A stretch of 64,000 bases of DNA from Eledone cirrhosa (GCA_964016885.1 OZ024742.1:158038001-158102000), one strand, 5' to 3'; shown: positions 34,638 through 48,128, counted from the stretch's first letter. Translations and numbers: made by a program. Notes: generated by a model from the letters alone, not told the origin.

Positions 34638-36198
34638 ACAGCAAATTAAAAACTTGGATTGTTTACCTAACCTGAGCTTGTGGAAGGGAACTGGAGAGGT
34701 TGTTGAGTGGTTTAAGCAAATTAAATATAACAATAATAATAAGTTTATTCAACTTGATATTGCTAACTATTATTCTTCTATTACCCCTAATCTACTAAAT
34801 AAGGCACTAAATTACGCATTCAAACATACAGACCTAACTAGCAATGAAATACACATTATATTATCGGCTAGGAAAACATTGATAGAATTTAATGACCAAC
34901 TATGGACCAGAGCAGATAGAGATAGCAATTTTGACATTACTATGGGATCATCCGACTCAGCTCAGGTAATTGACCTTGTGGGCTTATTTTTAATCAATTC
35001 GCTACATAGGAAAATACCTGGTACTACCGGAGGTTTATATAGAGATGACATGCTTTTACTTATTGATAATAATAACTCTGAACTAAATAGAAAAAGAAAA
35101 CAAATTACACAATTTTTTAATTACTTTAATCTAAAAATAGAAATTGAGAATAACCATAGAATAGTCAATTTCCTAGATATAACATTAAATCTCAACACAT
35201 GTCTTCACTATCCATTTCACAAGTTGAATGAAAACTTAAACTATGTCAGCTTTAACTCTAACCACCCCAGATCTGTCAAAAACACTATAGTAAACTCTGT
35301 TCAAAAACGTATCTCTAGAATCTCGTCTAATAGAAAGATTTTCGACGAAAAAGCCCAGTACTACAATGAAGCGTTAGCTAGAGCAGGATATAGTGATATG
35401 ATTATGTACATAGATAATGATAGACAAACTAAACAAAATAACAACTATTTTAATTACGGCCACAACCTTAACAACTATAATAGAAAGCATTACAATAATT
35501 CCAAAAGCCAAAAAAGAAATATAACTAGGAACATAATATGGTTTGCCCCCCCTTTCTCACTAAACATTAGAACCCACATCGCTAAACTATTTTTTAAAGC
35601 TCTTGATAATCGCTTCCCTAGAACACATAGGTATCACTCAATTTTCAATAGACATACTATAAAATTAACTTACTCATCCACCAAAAATTTAGCACAAAAT
35701 ATTAATAGAATAAATAATAGGAACTTAAAACCTAGCGATAATAGCATAAATAATATACAAGTTAACAAATGTAACTGTAGAGATAGATCTAAATGTCCGT
35801 TAAATAACAACTGCTTAGTTAAAAATATAATATACAACTGTAATGTTAAAACGGACTCTAATTCTTTTAACTACGTCGGTTCCACATCGACGGAATTTAA
35901 ACTTCGCTATAATAACCACAAGAATTCTTTCACAGATCCAAGCAAAAATTCTTCAACAGCACTATCAGGCGTACTCTGGCAACTTAGGCAAGATAACGTT
36001 AGATATTCGACGGCTTGGAATATAGTCTCAAGAGGGATTCCTTTTAATTCATCCTCTGAGACATGTGACCTCTGCGCGGAGGAGATATTCTTTATACTAA
36101 AATCTAAAAATTCCCTTAATCTACGGACAAATTTATTCAGTTGCTGCAATCATAGATTGAACTCAACTTTTAAATATAAATTTAAATTTAAAATGTAG
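34638..36198 (+). CDS. uninterrupted Penelope-like RT + GIY-YIG reading frame (N-terminus lost)
   Basis: FIQLDIANYYSSI, ITMGSSDS, GLYRDD, VNFLDITL; CNCR..CPL..C linker; NIIYNC..YVGST..FKLRYNNH; CDLCAEE. Confidence 0.9.
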
Positions 36199-37522
36199 TA
36201 TATTTAGTTTGATTTGTAATTATTTGGGAAACTAGCCGATAAATCTTTCGATTTCTTCTTTTTATTTTTATTTTTATTTTAAACATTCTTCATGAAAAAT
36301 TAAACTACCCTAAAAGTTGATGCTCCAAATATATCGAATAAACGTTACACTAGATAAACTTCTATATTAAATATAAGAACATATGTAGACCAAATGGGCA
36401 TCCTAAACTTTTGAAATGATTTCTGCTAGACGCGATTTGGTAAATAATTTTTAGCTTTATCTGTTTTCGAATCTGATGCTTATAATGAACTTGGCAATAT
36501 ATTGTCAATTAATTTTGAAGGGTTGATCTTTGTGGTCGATTTGCGTGGCATATTATGTTTTTATTTTTATTATTTTAATATTTTTCAATATTTTTAATAT
36601 TTTCATTTTTAATATGTAATATTTTTTAGTTTTCTATTTTATTTATTTGTTTATTATTATTATTATTATTATTATTTTTTTGTTTTTGTTTCTGATATTT
36701 TTATTAATATATTGAAATCTGTTCTCTATTTCTGCTTGATAGATAATCATGTAGAGTAAAGACAAGAATAATATTGTTAAAATTAATATAGACTCTATAT
36801 ATATGTGTATATATACACATATATGTATACTTAAATTTTTATAGCACAATGAGAATGTTCTCCGTGTTTGCAGAGTTGATCACGTAAATTCACATCGATG
36901 TTTGTAGTTATCATATAAACATATGAATTTTTAAAACTAGACATAAGATCATTACTTTTCACACATTATAGATACGTGTCTCATTCAGGAATACTGATAT
37001 TTACATTATAGTGCCTGGTTTTTATACGAACTAATATTTCTACATTAAAACATAGGGTTTTTAAATTCTGCCTCGCCTATGTCTGGTTACTTTTCATTTT
37101 TCTCTCTATATAACGGCTGGTTTCTTTCCTAACCACATATATCTCCCTTACATTAATACTAGAGCTAAATAAATAAATAAATAAATAAATGTATCATTGA
37201 TACGTCGTTCAACTACCTACTTTTCTCTATATATATCTATTTCTATCTATTTCCTCTCTCTATATATCTCTCTCTGTTTCTTTACATGAAGTTCTTCTCT
37301 TTATCTATCTTTCCATCTCTCTATTTTGTTGCATGCATTTCTTCTTTTTCTTCTTTTTTTTCTTCTTTTTCTTCGTTTTCTTTCTTTCTTTCCTTCTTTC
37401 TTTCCTTCTTTCTTTCTTTCTTTCTGTTTACAATTTTTTCACTGCCAAATCAACTTTTTCAAATACAAGTCGATGTTGAACGGTATGTCAAATCTATTTA
37501 TCTATAAAACTGTCTATATTGT

Positions 37523-37586
37523 ATTTTGTCTGAGGAAGGCATAACATATTGTTAATATGATATCCCTGAAATATATATAATGAAAT
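37523..37586 (+). ncRNA. minimal hammerhead motif (family A) in the 3' pseudo-LTR
   Basis: CTGAGGA..GAAA-T-ATAT-ATA; differs from the 481 copy at the variable N7 position. Confidence 0.65.
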
Positions 37587-37628
37587 AAATATGGTTTTAT
37601 AAATATAGTTTCCATGTATTTAATATCG

Positions 37629-37700
<72 letters not shown>

Positions 37701-37702
<2 letters not shown>

Positions 37703-38090
37703 CAGCCGTTAATATGCATAAGGAAAGTATATACTTTCAGACGTTCAATCATCTGGCAGGAAAGTATACGATGCTGACGATAGCTAATAAGCTTGAAACT
37801 ACTACATCGTTCCTGTGTCAGTGTTGAACAAAAAAAAGCCGACGAGGGTTGCCTGAACACTGTACGACGTAATTAGGGCTGTTTGTTTACAAACAAACCG
37901 AACGTTATAATAAATGTTCGATAAACCCATACGTACATATATATATATATATGTGTGAATGTATATATATATATATATATACATACTACTGTACGTCTGT
38001 ATTCATATATGTATGTACGTATACATACTTACATTTAAGTATCAGCCGCACTAAGTGTGAGAAATGAAATTTCGTTTTTTTTTTCCATTT
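37701..38090 (+). mobile_element. short hammerhead-bearing element (family G), partial
   Basis: Direct homolog of 42052-42447; motif at 37769-37809. Confidence 0.7.
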
Positions 38091-38265
38091 ATATATATAT
38101 ATATATCGTTTCTGAATTTGTTTAGCAAGATTCTTTATCTGAAATCGTGTGTTGAAACCGATATTGTTATACTTTGGGAGGGTCATGTTGCAAAAAAACA
38201 AATAAATTGAAGTGAAACATCTGGTGCGTGTGTTTCTTATTGGCAACATGACCCTCCCAAAGTAT

Positions 38266-38310
<45 letters not shown>

Positions 38311-38311
<1 letters not shown>

Positions 38312-38400
38312 GGGGTCTGACGATCCACGGTTTACAGAGTCGTGTCAGATCGATACAGATCGAACCTTGAGATGATCAGTGGCGAAACGCGCGTCACTAA
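38311..38400 (+). ncRNA. minimal hammerhead motif (family H)
   Basis: CTGACGA-tccac..gtggc-GAAA-C-GCGC-GTC, followed by AATAAA; abuts (AT)n. Confidence 0.65.
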
Positions 38401-38740
38401 CCAATAAACGTAATGAAGGAGTAACCAATATTCTGTTGTTAAAGGGGTGTTAGGCGCCGGTTATCCATCTCCTTCGTGCTCTTATAATATCTGTATGTAT
38501 GCCTGGCTGTCTGCATTACGACATTCTGACAAACATTGATGACGTATTATGTTCGCTATTATCCGTTCATTGCCAGGGAACGTCTCCACGAACAAAAGTA
38601 TCGTCTTACTGCCTTCTTTCGGTTGCAACGTTTTTCGAAATATTTACTTCTGCGTTCACAGATTGATTTTTTTAGTTTCAGAAGATCCTGTTAAGGGTGA
38701 AAGCAGCGATTCTTTGCTTAAACTTTAATCTGTTATTTTA

Positions 38741-38900
38741 ATCTATATATGGATATATATAAAACTGAGGAAGGATGTATGTATGTGTGTATGTGTGTAT
38801 GTGTGTGTGTGTATGTGTGTGTGTGTGTGTGAAACCCGAGAAGTACCCAACTGATTTTTTTGAAACTTTTAATGTGTATTACTTATGTTTCAGGGAGTGT
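38741..38900 (+). mobile_element. probable Helitron 5' fragment
   Basis: TC..ATATAAAA, (GT)n and ctgattttt..gaaacttt, as in the 27804 element. Confidence 0.4.
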
Positions 38901-38914
38901 TATGCACATAAAAA

Positions 38915-39470
38915 GATTATACTCTGGGAGGCGCATGTTGCCAATAAGAAACACACGCCCCATTGCTTTCACTTCAATTTATTATAAATTTCCGGTTGGT
39001 TGGTTGGTTCCACAACCGGATGGTTGTTCATATATTGTCAAACTTCTTTCGTCACACATTCTGGGACCTCTTCAGTGACTGGGGATTCTTTTCTGTGTTT
39101 TGTGCCTCTCCTTTGCCCTTTCCTACGCCTTCTTCTTTTTGTGTGTGTTGTGTGCTTCGTTTGCGCATGCGTTACATCCGGCTGTCTGTGTGTATTTTTA
39201 TTTGTAACGCATGCGAAAACTAAGCACACAACACACACAAAAACAAGATGGCGTAGGAAAGGACAAAGGAGAGGCACAAAACAAAGAAAAGAACCCTCAG
39301 TCACTGAAGAGGTCACAAAAAGTGTAAACGAAAAATCTTTGACAATATATGAACAACCATCCGGTTGTGGAACCAACCAACCAACCGGAAATTTGTAATA
39401 AATTTAAATGAAAGCAACTGGTGCACGTGTTTCTTATTGGCAACATGACTCTCCCAAAGTATAACAATAT
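38915..39470. mobile_element. fold-back pair of family B pseudo-LTRs with no coding sequence
   Basis: 38917-39180 is inverted at 39205-39465; homologous to 5190-5490. Confidence 0.85.
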
Positions 39471-39485
39471 ATATATATATATATA

Positions 39486-40015
39486 TACGATGAGGCTTCA
39501 AATGGTTCGTGGAAAAGAAAATATGCAGGGATTTTCATAAGATTGCGCCTGTACGTTTCCGTACTAACATGTCATAACATGTTCAAACATGAAACTTTAA
39601 ATGCATTTTGAAACGCAGCACCGCCACTTGGAATTTAGCACCTGCTCGAGCAAGATGCCTACCATCAAAACATAATTCATGGTGAAGCTATGGTCGAAGA
39701 GCAGCCAAATCATTGACGCTCTAGAGCAATGTTATTGGGACAATGCCCTAAAGAATTCAACAACCTACAAATGGATGTCAATTTAGAAATGGAAGATATG
39801 AGGTTGAAGATGATCCCAAGTTAAAAACGTAAAAACAAATCCGTTTTAACATGGCTTAAATCGCATGGCCCTCAATTTAACACACAAGGATTAAAGGCTG
39901 GTATCAAGGTTGCATAAATTTATTGACCTAGATAAATAATTAACCTAGAAAAATAAACATCATGACTTAAAACGTTTTTTCCAACTTTTTTCCACGAACG
40001 TTTTGAAACCCCCTC

Positions 40016-40018
<3 letters not shown>
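39486..40018 (+). mobile_element. internally deleted mariner element
   Basis: Imperfect TIRs (ttcaaatggttcgtggaaaa / ttttccacgaacgttttgaa); remnant IIDALEQCY..TTYKW..EVEDDP. Confidence 0.7.
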
Positions 40019-40068
<50 letters not shown>

Positions 40069-40407
40069 TATATATGTGTGTGTTTTGCAAGGTTTTTGAT
40101 ATGAAAGCGTGTGTCGAAACAAATACCGTTATAATTGGGGAGTGTCATATTGTTATAATATTGTCAGAAATAATAAACAACACACTCACTGTTTGGTTTT
40201 GGTTTGGTTTTTGCTTCTAAATCTTTCATATCCCCATATCTAATTTATTTGGCAATCAATGATAAAGATTGATTGCCAAATAAATTAGTTATGGACAACC
40301 AATTTCTGGTAATATTATAACAATATGACCCTCCCCAAGTATAACAATATACAAATATATATGTATATACATATATATATATATATATTTTATATATGTA
40401 TATATAT

Positions 40408-40452
<45 letters not shown>

Positions 40453-40949
40453 TTGGTGCTCTGAAATAGCGATATATATATGAATGTATATATAATGTAT
40501 TTTGCAATAAAATGTATGCTTAATTAAAAGCATTTTGAAGACCTTACGCCATTGTTTTAAAGTAGTGACTATGTCACTTACTTCTTTTTCAGCAACCACA
40601 GGGAGATAAGCTGACATATCTCTGTTTCGTACTGTTGGTACTACACCATAGTACGACACAGAGTTATGTCAGCTTATCTCCTGAAAATAGAAATAAGTGA
40701 CATAGTCACTAATTTAAAACAATGGCGTAAGGTCTTCAAAATGCTTTTAATTAAGCATACAGTGTATTGCAAAATACACTATATATACATTCATATATAT
40801 ATATATATATACATATAAATTTTGAAAATATGTTGGTTGTTTACCGACACCTCAGTATGCAGAATGGAGCACTCGACGAAGTACGCAGGTTGGTTCGTTT
40901 ACTCTGGAGTAATGTAAAATAAGTAAGTCAAACATGTAAAATTTAGCTT

Positions 40950-41008
40950 GCTACAGATATATATATTTCGGTGACAGTTATTATTGGCTGTGACCTCTTC
41001 AGGCAGTC
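40950..41008 (-). ncRNA. minimal hammerhead motif (family I)
   Basis: Reverse complement: CTGAAGA-ggtcacag..ctgtcacc-GAAA-T-ATAT-ATA. Confidence 0.55.
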
Positions 41009-41129
41009 CGAATTTGTGGAAAAGACAGGTACACATGTCGTTGAGGTGTGTTCCACTCTGTCAATATATCGATATGTCCAGCTCCTGGGTGTGTTTTTAG
41101 TCCTCCGAGGAACTGGAATCATATATGAG

Positions 41130-41217
<88 letters not shown>

Positions 41218-41224
41218 TGTGTGT

Positions 41225-41303
<79 letters not shown>

Positions 41304-41926
41304 CATGATGAACATGGGTAATACTACAATGAAGATGTGAGACGTTTTTGTGACAATTGAACATAAGTAGCTGAATCTCAGGGAGCAATTGATATATTAT
41401 CACTATGCTGAGAAAGACGTGCTCACCAGTACGATTGCTTGTTTAATTGATGCTGCTATCTCCTTCTGGAAAACAAACAAGGATAGATTATATTTAGCAT
41501 GTTTTCAAATTAGAGAGAAATACGTAAGTTGCCATATTTACATGCTTATGGAATCAATTTGTAAATGAATATGTACATTTATGTAGCCTCAGTTACCTCA
41601 GTAATGTATTTGCATATATCTAAATTCATCGTCTAATACAGCTGGTTAATGCACAGTTTAATATATATTAAAATTAACTAACGACATGAAAGGGAATAAT
41701 AAGCAACTTAGTGTGTTTTATTAGTATTAAGGGGCTTTATGGGAGAATAATTTACGCGTTTCCTTGTGGCTATTTAGCTTATGTAGATATCCTCATATAA
41801 AGCCACAGTAAGCTTCTAACGTCAATTAAATATTTACATAATTTTTCTTTTCTAATTTAAACGGAAACATTTAAATCTGATGCGTTACTTAGCGTATTAA
41901 CTTATCTCTATATATATCAAATATGT

Positions 41927-41960
<34 letters not shown>

Positions 41961-41961
<1 letters not shown>

Positions 41962-42299
41962 AGAGTGAAAAATGAAATTTCGTTTCATTTTTCCCGTTTA
42001 TCGTTTTCGGTACCTCGGCCGATTAACTCACTCGATATGCAAATTAGGCTTCTCAGCCGTTAATATGCATAAGGAAAGTATATACTTTCAGACCTTCAAT
42101 CATCTGGCAGGAAGGTATACGTTGCTGACGATAGCTAATAAGCTTGAAACTAGTACAGCGTTCCTTTGTCAGTGTTGAACAAATGAGCAACGATGGTTGC
42201 TAGACACTGTACGGCTTAATTCGGGATGTTTGTTTACAAACACACCGAGCATTATAATAAATGTTCGGTTAATCCATACGTATATATATATATGTGTGC

Positions 42300-42345
<46 letters not shown>

Positions 42346-42446
42346 TGTACGTCTGTATACATATATGTATGTACGTATACATACTTATATTTAAGTAACA
42401 GCCGTACTAAGAGTGAGAAATGAAATTTCGTTTCATTTTTTCCGTT

Positions 42447-42447
<1 letters not shown>
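41961..42447 (+). mobile_element. short hammerhead-bearing element (family G) with a ~38-bp terminal direct repeat, flanked by (AT)n
   Basis: aagagtga.aaatgaaatttcgtttcattttt at 41961 and 42410. Confidence 0.7.
42120..42160 (+). ncRNA. 41-nt minimal hammerhead motif (family G)
   Basis: cgttg-CTGACGA-tagct-aata-agctt-GAAAC-TA-GTA-cagcg. Confidence 0.7.
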
Positions 42448-42482
<35 letters not shown>

Positions 42483-42570
42483 GAATAACTTTCACCGTTT
42501 TTTTTACTAAAGAAATGTTAGTCTGATAATGGGGTTCAGAACCCTCAGTTAAATCGAAAAATATGAGTAT

Positions 42571-42641
42571 TGACGTACATGGGAGTCGAACCCACATCTT
42601 TGGTTATCCAGACCACTGTGCTACCATTACACCAACACATC
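42571..42641 (-). pseudogene. tRNA-like sequence (cloverleaf, GGA at the anticodon position, short variable loop)
   Basis: Reverse complement GATGTGT-TG-GTGTAATGGTAGCAC-A-GTGGT-CTGGATA-ACCAA-AGAT-GTGGG-TTCGACT-CCCAT-GTACGTC-A; many G-U pairs. Confidence 0.6.
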
Positions 42642-44059
42642 ACATGAAAGCTATTCTATTTTCTAATTTTGCGATACTCCGGCCAAATTCCAACTCACTC
42701 AACAAACATTAGGAAATAAGTGAGTATATTCCTAATTGAACGTTCGGGGTGCTAACTAAATGTATTGTGTGGAAGCTCGGCTGTATTATTTCATATGAGA
42801 CATATCGAAGGACATTGTTGGGTGTTTTTCGTCATAGAACATTCCTGATAAACCAACGAAACAATATGAATAGACAATGATCATCTCATTAACTATTCAT
42901 ATATTTGATATTGCTTTCAGATTTTAATCTGAAGGCAATAATTAGTGAGCTGGAATAGCTCAAGGAAAGACACAAAATGAATGAAGTAGACATGGATATT
43001 TAAAATCTTAGCATCACTATACAAGCTAACACTTATAGATAAGGGAATTACTATATTGTCACTCGACCACAGTGACAGGACAGAGAATTTAAGTAAAGTA
43101 CTCCCTCTCGACGTAAGCCAACGGATATCTAAGAAAACATGTGACGAAATAATGAAATAGTTACAGATAACCAAGGCCTCATTAAAATATGTAATGGTAC
43201 ATGTTTGATTATATTCATAGAAGTATCCGAAGGGAAATATATACTCTCGCTATATATGGAAATTATGTTAGTCTTGGCACCTAAATCTAATGCATATTTA
43301 ATTTTTTTCTTCACTGGTCATCAAAGTTATAGTCACCTCGAAACTGAAAACATTCAGAATATTTGCTGGCTAAATCTATCCCTGCAACAAAAATCATTTC
43401 TAACGTAGTTACAAAACAAAGATGTAGGATGGAAAGGCATAGTGCGGTAAAATGCATCTCTTAAAATAAATAAGTGGCAGTTATCTTATTAGTTGCAATA
43501 GTACGTAAAATCATAACCGAGCACGTTGGGTATTGAAATAACACATATAACGGGGCATAACTCATAATCCCTTATTTGACATTCGAAATACTGAACTCCT
43601 GCTAGATTGTTAATATGATTATAATGATGTGACAAAAAACGTGACCAATTTCAATTATATTTGAAATACAATAAATCTGAAAAGGATAAGCCTTCACTGG
43701 TTTTAAAAGTGATTGAACTTAATGTGTGTTAGCACTAGTTAAATTGGAATGAATAAAGATATGATCGAATATATTATGTGCTTAACCAACTCTTGCTTTC
43801 ATGTTTTTATACAACGTATCTAATATGCCTCAATGGTTCATTTACTTAGAGTAAAATAAATAAAAGTTCCCTTGTTTATATTTGATATATGTTGTTGCTG
43901 TAATTGTCTAGAACCCGTAGTCTATGATCAGACAAAGACATATTTTGTGGAAAAACATTGCTGCCGTGACAGTATTGGGCCACATTAGCTAATGTGTCAC
44001 CCAAGCTTTAAGTATAATCGGTTGCTAACTCTAGTACGCTGATGGGGGATATAAAGTCC

Positions 44060-44774
44060 CTCCCATAATGAACACAGAGCAACGAACAAACTTGAAAACT
44101 CCGTCAGAAGCACTGGGATTTCTGCAGCAAGTGTATGAAGATGAGACGATGTCACGCTCACGTGTTTTTGAGTGGTGCAAGAGGTTTAAAGAATGACGTG
44201 AGCACGTGGAAGATGACCCCAGGAGCGGAAGGCCCTCAACAACCAGGACTGAAGTCAACGTTGAGCGCGTCAGGCAGAGGGTGCGTAGCGATCGTCGGCT
44301 GACTGTTCAACTGATGGCAAATGAGCTGGGCATGAATCGGGACAGCGTCTGGAAGATTCTCACTGAAGATTTGGACATGCGGAAAGTCTGCGCGAAGATG
44401 GTGCCAAAACTGCTGAACGATGACAAGAAGGGTCGACGCATGCAAGTGTGCCAGGACATCCTCGAGCGTCTTGAAACCGAACCAGACTTGCTAGGGACAG
44501 TCATCACAAGTGATGAGTCATGGATCTTCGAGTACGACTCGGAGGGGACCCGTTTTGAAGACGTGGACGACATCAAAAAGGCCGTGACGACGGAACTGCG
44601 GAGGATCCCGGAAGTTTCCTCGCAGGAGTGCATGCAAGCGTGGCAGAAAAGGGTGGAAAAGTTCATTAGACTCCAGGGGGCTTACTTTGAAGGAGAAAAC
44701 TCCTAGTGTGAAGTTTGGGTTTGAAATAAATCTTTTGTGACATCAGTGCTGGAACTTTTCTGACACATCTCGTA
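44060..44774 (+). mobile_element. deleted mariner transposon (irritans/Hsmar2-like)
   Basis: SRVFEWCKRFKE, EDDPRSGRPST, VCAKMVPK, ITSDESWIFEYD fused directly to RFEDVDDIK..GAYFEG; right TIR ggaacttttctgacacatctcg-TA; left end missing. Confidence 0.88.
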
Positions 44775-45262
44775 GAAGCTGATTGAGAACCCTGAAGTAC
44801 TTTGTAAGACGGAGGTAAATAAGCACTAATATTGTAGAAAAGCTAAATTATAAAATCAAAATCTATAAGTACACCAACAATCTCCATATACTCAATGTCA
44901 GTTAATGTCATTGTTAATTTGGCAAGAGTTGTTACGGTTCAAGATCTTTCGTGATAGAAGTATTAAAAATAATATAACCCTCAGGAAATTTTGTCTGCTT
45001 TTTGTATAAGAACTTATATATTCGTTTTTGTAGTGTTGAGTGTCGTGGGATATTATATGAGAGAATTGGCAATAAATGTTACAAAAATATTTTCTGTCAA
45101 CTTGACCGGCTTCAAACAGACATTAATCATATCATAGGAATACACACAAACACACGCGCATGCACACACACTCACGCACATACAAACACACACACACATA
45201 TATATATATGAAGAGAGAAAGAGAGAGAGAGAGATAGATAGAGAGAGAGAAGAGAGAGAGAT

Positions 45263-45361
<99 letters not shown>

Positions 45362-47269
45362 ATATATATAGGTATTTGATAGTCATGGTGGATGTTTGTC
45401 TGTATGTTTGTCTATGTTTTCATGTATGTGTTTACAAGTGTGATAGCGGCTAAATGAAGACATGTTTTTACACTGTAATCTCACATCAAGCGAGATTAAC
45501 CATTTTTTTTTTTTAATAATTCGGAATTTTTTCCTGTTCTTTTTGATCAGAACTTGCTCGGTTTCATTTAACCGTTTTATTTTCGTGAATAGTTTCTTAA
45601 CTTTCATTATCAAAGTTATTTAGCCCGTCTTTCTGTCATTTAAATTCTTTTGGTACCATGAATTTCCTATTTTACATTGGTTTATATTTTTATTTTATTT
45701 TTTTGCTTGTTATTTTCAAAGTTTCTCCCAACGACCAAAACTTTGCTGACTAATTGAATTATTGATGACTCAAAATCAATCAAACCCTGGAACAGTCGAA
45801 GAAATCTCTTTAAAATAGAACATATTCCTACACACACACGTAAAAGAAAATTTTACAAATGTTCGCTTTTATATAATTATTCTGGTTATTTTCGATTTTT
45901 TGGCTTTGCAATTTTAGCTGTTTGTTTTCTTATTTATACGTATTTTTGAATATGTTTGCTTTTTTTGTCATTTTTTTAACTAATACCTTTTATTTTATAT
46001 ATTTTTCATCTTACAATTCCATATCAAGTTTTGATTTGATCAACATCGGATCGGTTCATTTCTTATTGCCTTCTTACCAGAATGTGTCGGATATTTATTC
46101 TGCACTGGGAATTCAAAGCACGAGATAGTGACGCTGTGAGAATAGAATAACAAAAATAATCAAAACAGCAAATGAATTTTTTACATGAAATGTTCGTATA
46201 AGTTTTGCAACTTGTGGTCGTGTTTCAAACTTGATTCTATTCTTCGCTGCTTTTGTTGTATGATTTTTGGCTTGTTATTTTGTGTATGTAGCGTGTGATG
46301 AGAGTTGTACTAAAGAAGCAAATGGGAATATTTAATGAATAACAACAAGTTCATTTTTCATTGTTGAGTGTTTTTGTTTTGTTTATTAGTAACAGAACCT
46401 AATCGAAACTAACAAGGAATTATTTTTTTATGTGAGATAACCAATCCCTTTGGATAATGTTTTCTGTGTTGGACTGGAATAAAATGAAAAATAAGGATTA
46501 AAGGTGACAGATAATGAGGTAACAGAGGAAAAATAATTACGGAATGATGTTGGTGGTGCTGCTGTAGTAAAACAAACATATTTAGATATAAACATTATAA
46601 TCTATGATTAATCAGGAGCCAGAATCATGAATTCGAGAACTTTTGGTATTGTCCGAAATTACTAAAATTAAATAAGCGATATGAGCGAGTGTTTCGTTAA
46701 TAATATTATGGTAACATTGTAAGAATGCTATCCTGGTAAATGTAATTCAATTGTCAATATAACTGACAGAAGCAGTAGCAAATATTGTTTAATTCTAACA
46801 TCAGTAGCTATGTGTCATCATTCATGCGTTTTAAATAAATTATGTCACAGTAATACACTTTACCCACGCAACTACTTACCTGAAATCCTGATGGTACCGT
46901 TGGTAGGCCATCCTGACATGCAATGTGATTATGTACATTATAAAGCCTATATTGTCTTCCAGAATTCGAGGGGAAGTAGGATGAAATGCGAGCGATGTCA
47001 AAATTCAAAGAGTGAGTTAGAAGAGTAAAATACCTGAAGTTATTCATATATTTTCCTCTGAGATGAGGAAAATATATGAATACGCCGTCGTGATTTTAAC
47101 TCACAGTGTAGAAAACCGGATGAATACTGCACAATATTCTATCTGTTATTCTAACGAACCTACGAGTCCGCAGCCTATTATACACTAGGATTCATTCTAT
47201 TCGTTATATAGCCTTTGTTATGGGTAACTAAATATACACAACATTCACTTGCACCTGGTCAAGAATAAA

Positions 47270-47997
47270 TATATCATATGTGCAGAAGACTTGCGTAGAT
47301 TGGAAAGAAATGAAGCTTACACGTTCCGATGTATGCGTAATAGAAATATACGAAAACGGCGAAGCATAAATGAATTGAAAGAGAAACTAGAAATGAACTA
47401 ATAGGAATCAAATGCTGAGTGCAGGAGATGAGATTGCGTTGGTATGGACATGTGATGCATATGAAGGAAGACAGCTGCATAAAAAAGTGCAGAGCGCTCA
47501 AAGTCGATGGAAGCCTTGGAGTGGGAAGAACCAGGAAGTCATGGCATGAGGTGATAAAAGCCGAATTATCCCAATTGCATCTCTCAAAGATGATGACACA
47601 TGGCAGAGATCTCTGGCGATACGCAGTAATACAGAAGACCCGACTACCTACGAGCACAAACCGAAGCATATATACAGTATGCACTCCCACATATCCCCCT
47701 ACACCCCGATGATGACAGGCCAAAGTAAATACATCCAGTGAAGCCCTCAGCGCACATTGTTAAGTGGTCGTGATGGTGACACGACAAAACATATCCCGCC
47801 CACACTGGTAAGTAATCATAGAGGCGTCACGACAAAAAGCATCCAGGACTCTCTGTAAATTAGATTAGCGTTAGTAAGAGCATCCAGCTGTAGAAACGAA
47901 GCCAGTATGAGCCCTGTATGAACAAAACATGGTCACCTGAACAAGCATTGCCAACAGCAGGACAACCTGTCTAACCCAATGCCAGCGTAGAAAATGG
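47270..47997 (+). mobile_element. RTE-clade LINE 3' fragment
   Basis: RLRWYGHVMHM..GRTRKSW..RDLWRYAV; 3' UTR with 48-bp units and catccagctgtagaaa. Confidence 0.85.
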
Positions 47998-48081
47998 TAT
48001 ATATATATATACCATTTTCTACGCTGGCATTGGGTTAGACAGGTTGTCCTGTGCGTGTGTGTGCATACACCCCCTCCCTAA

Positions 48082-48128
<47 letters not shown>

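Larger units (their letters stand above)
33637..37628 (+). mobile_element. 5'-truncated Penelope-like element with an inverted 5' pseudo-LTR (33637-34637 vs 36707-37628), inserted in (AT)n
   Basis: The arms are reverse complements; RT-EN ORF lies between them; hammerhead motifs at 33767-33830(-) and 37523-37586(+). Confidence 0.92.

Noticed and set aside
42571-42641. Functional tRNA-Ser(GGA) gene
   Set aside because: Short variable loop, several G-U pairs in the acceptor stem, and a mismatch in the anticodon stem
43311-43381. Minus-strand terminal exon candidate (IDLASKYSECFQFRGDYNFDDQ*) after ttttgttgcag
   Set aside because: Only an acceptor-like site; no recognisable protein or supporting exons
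46879-47032. Minus-strand exon candidate ending in CAG|GTAAGT
   Set aside because: Strong donor but weak acceptor and no recognisable peptide
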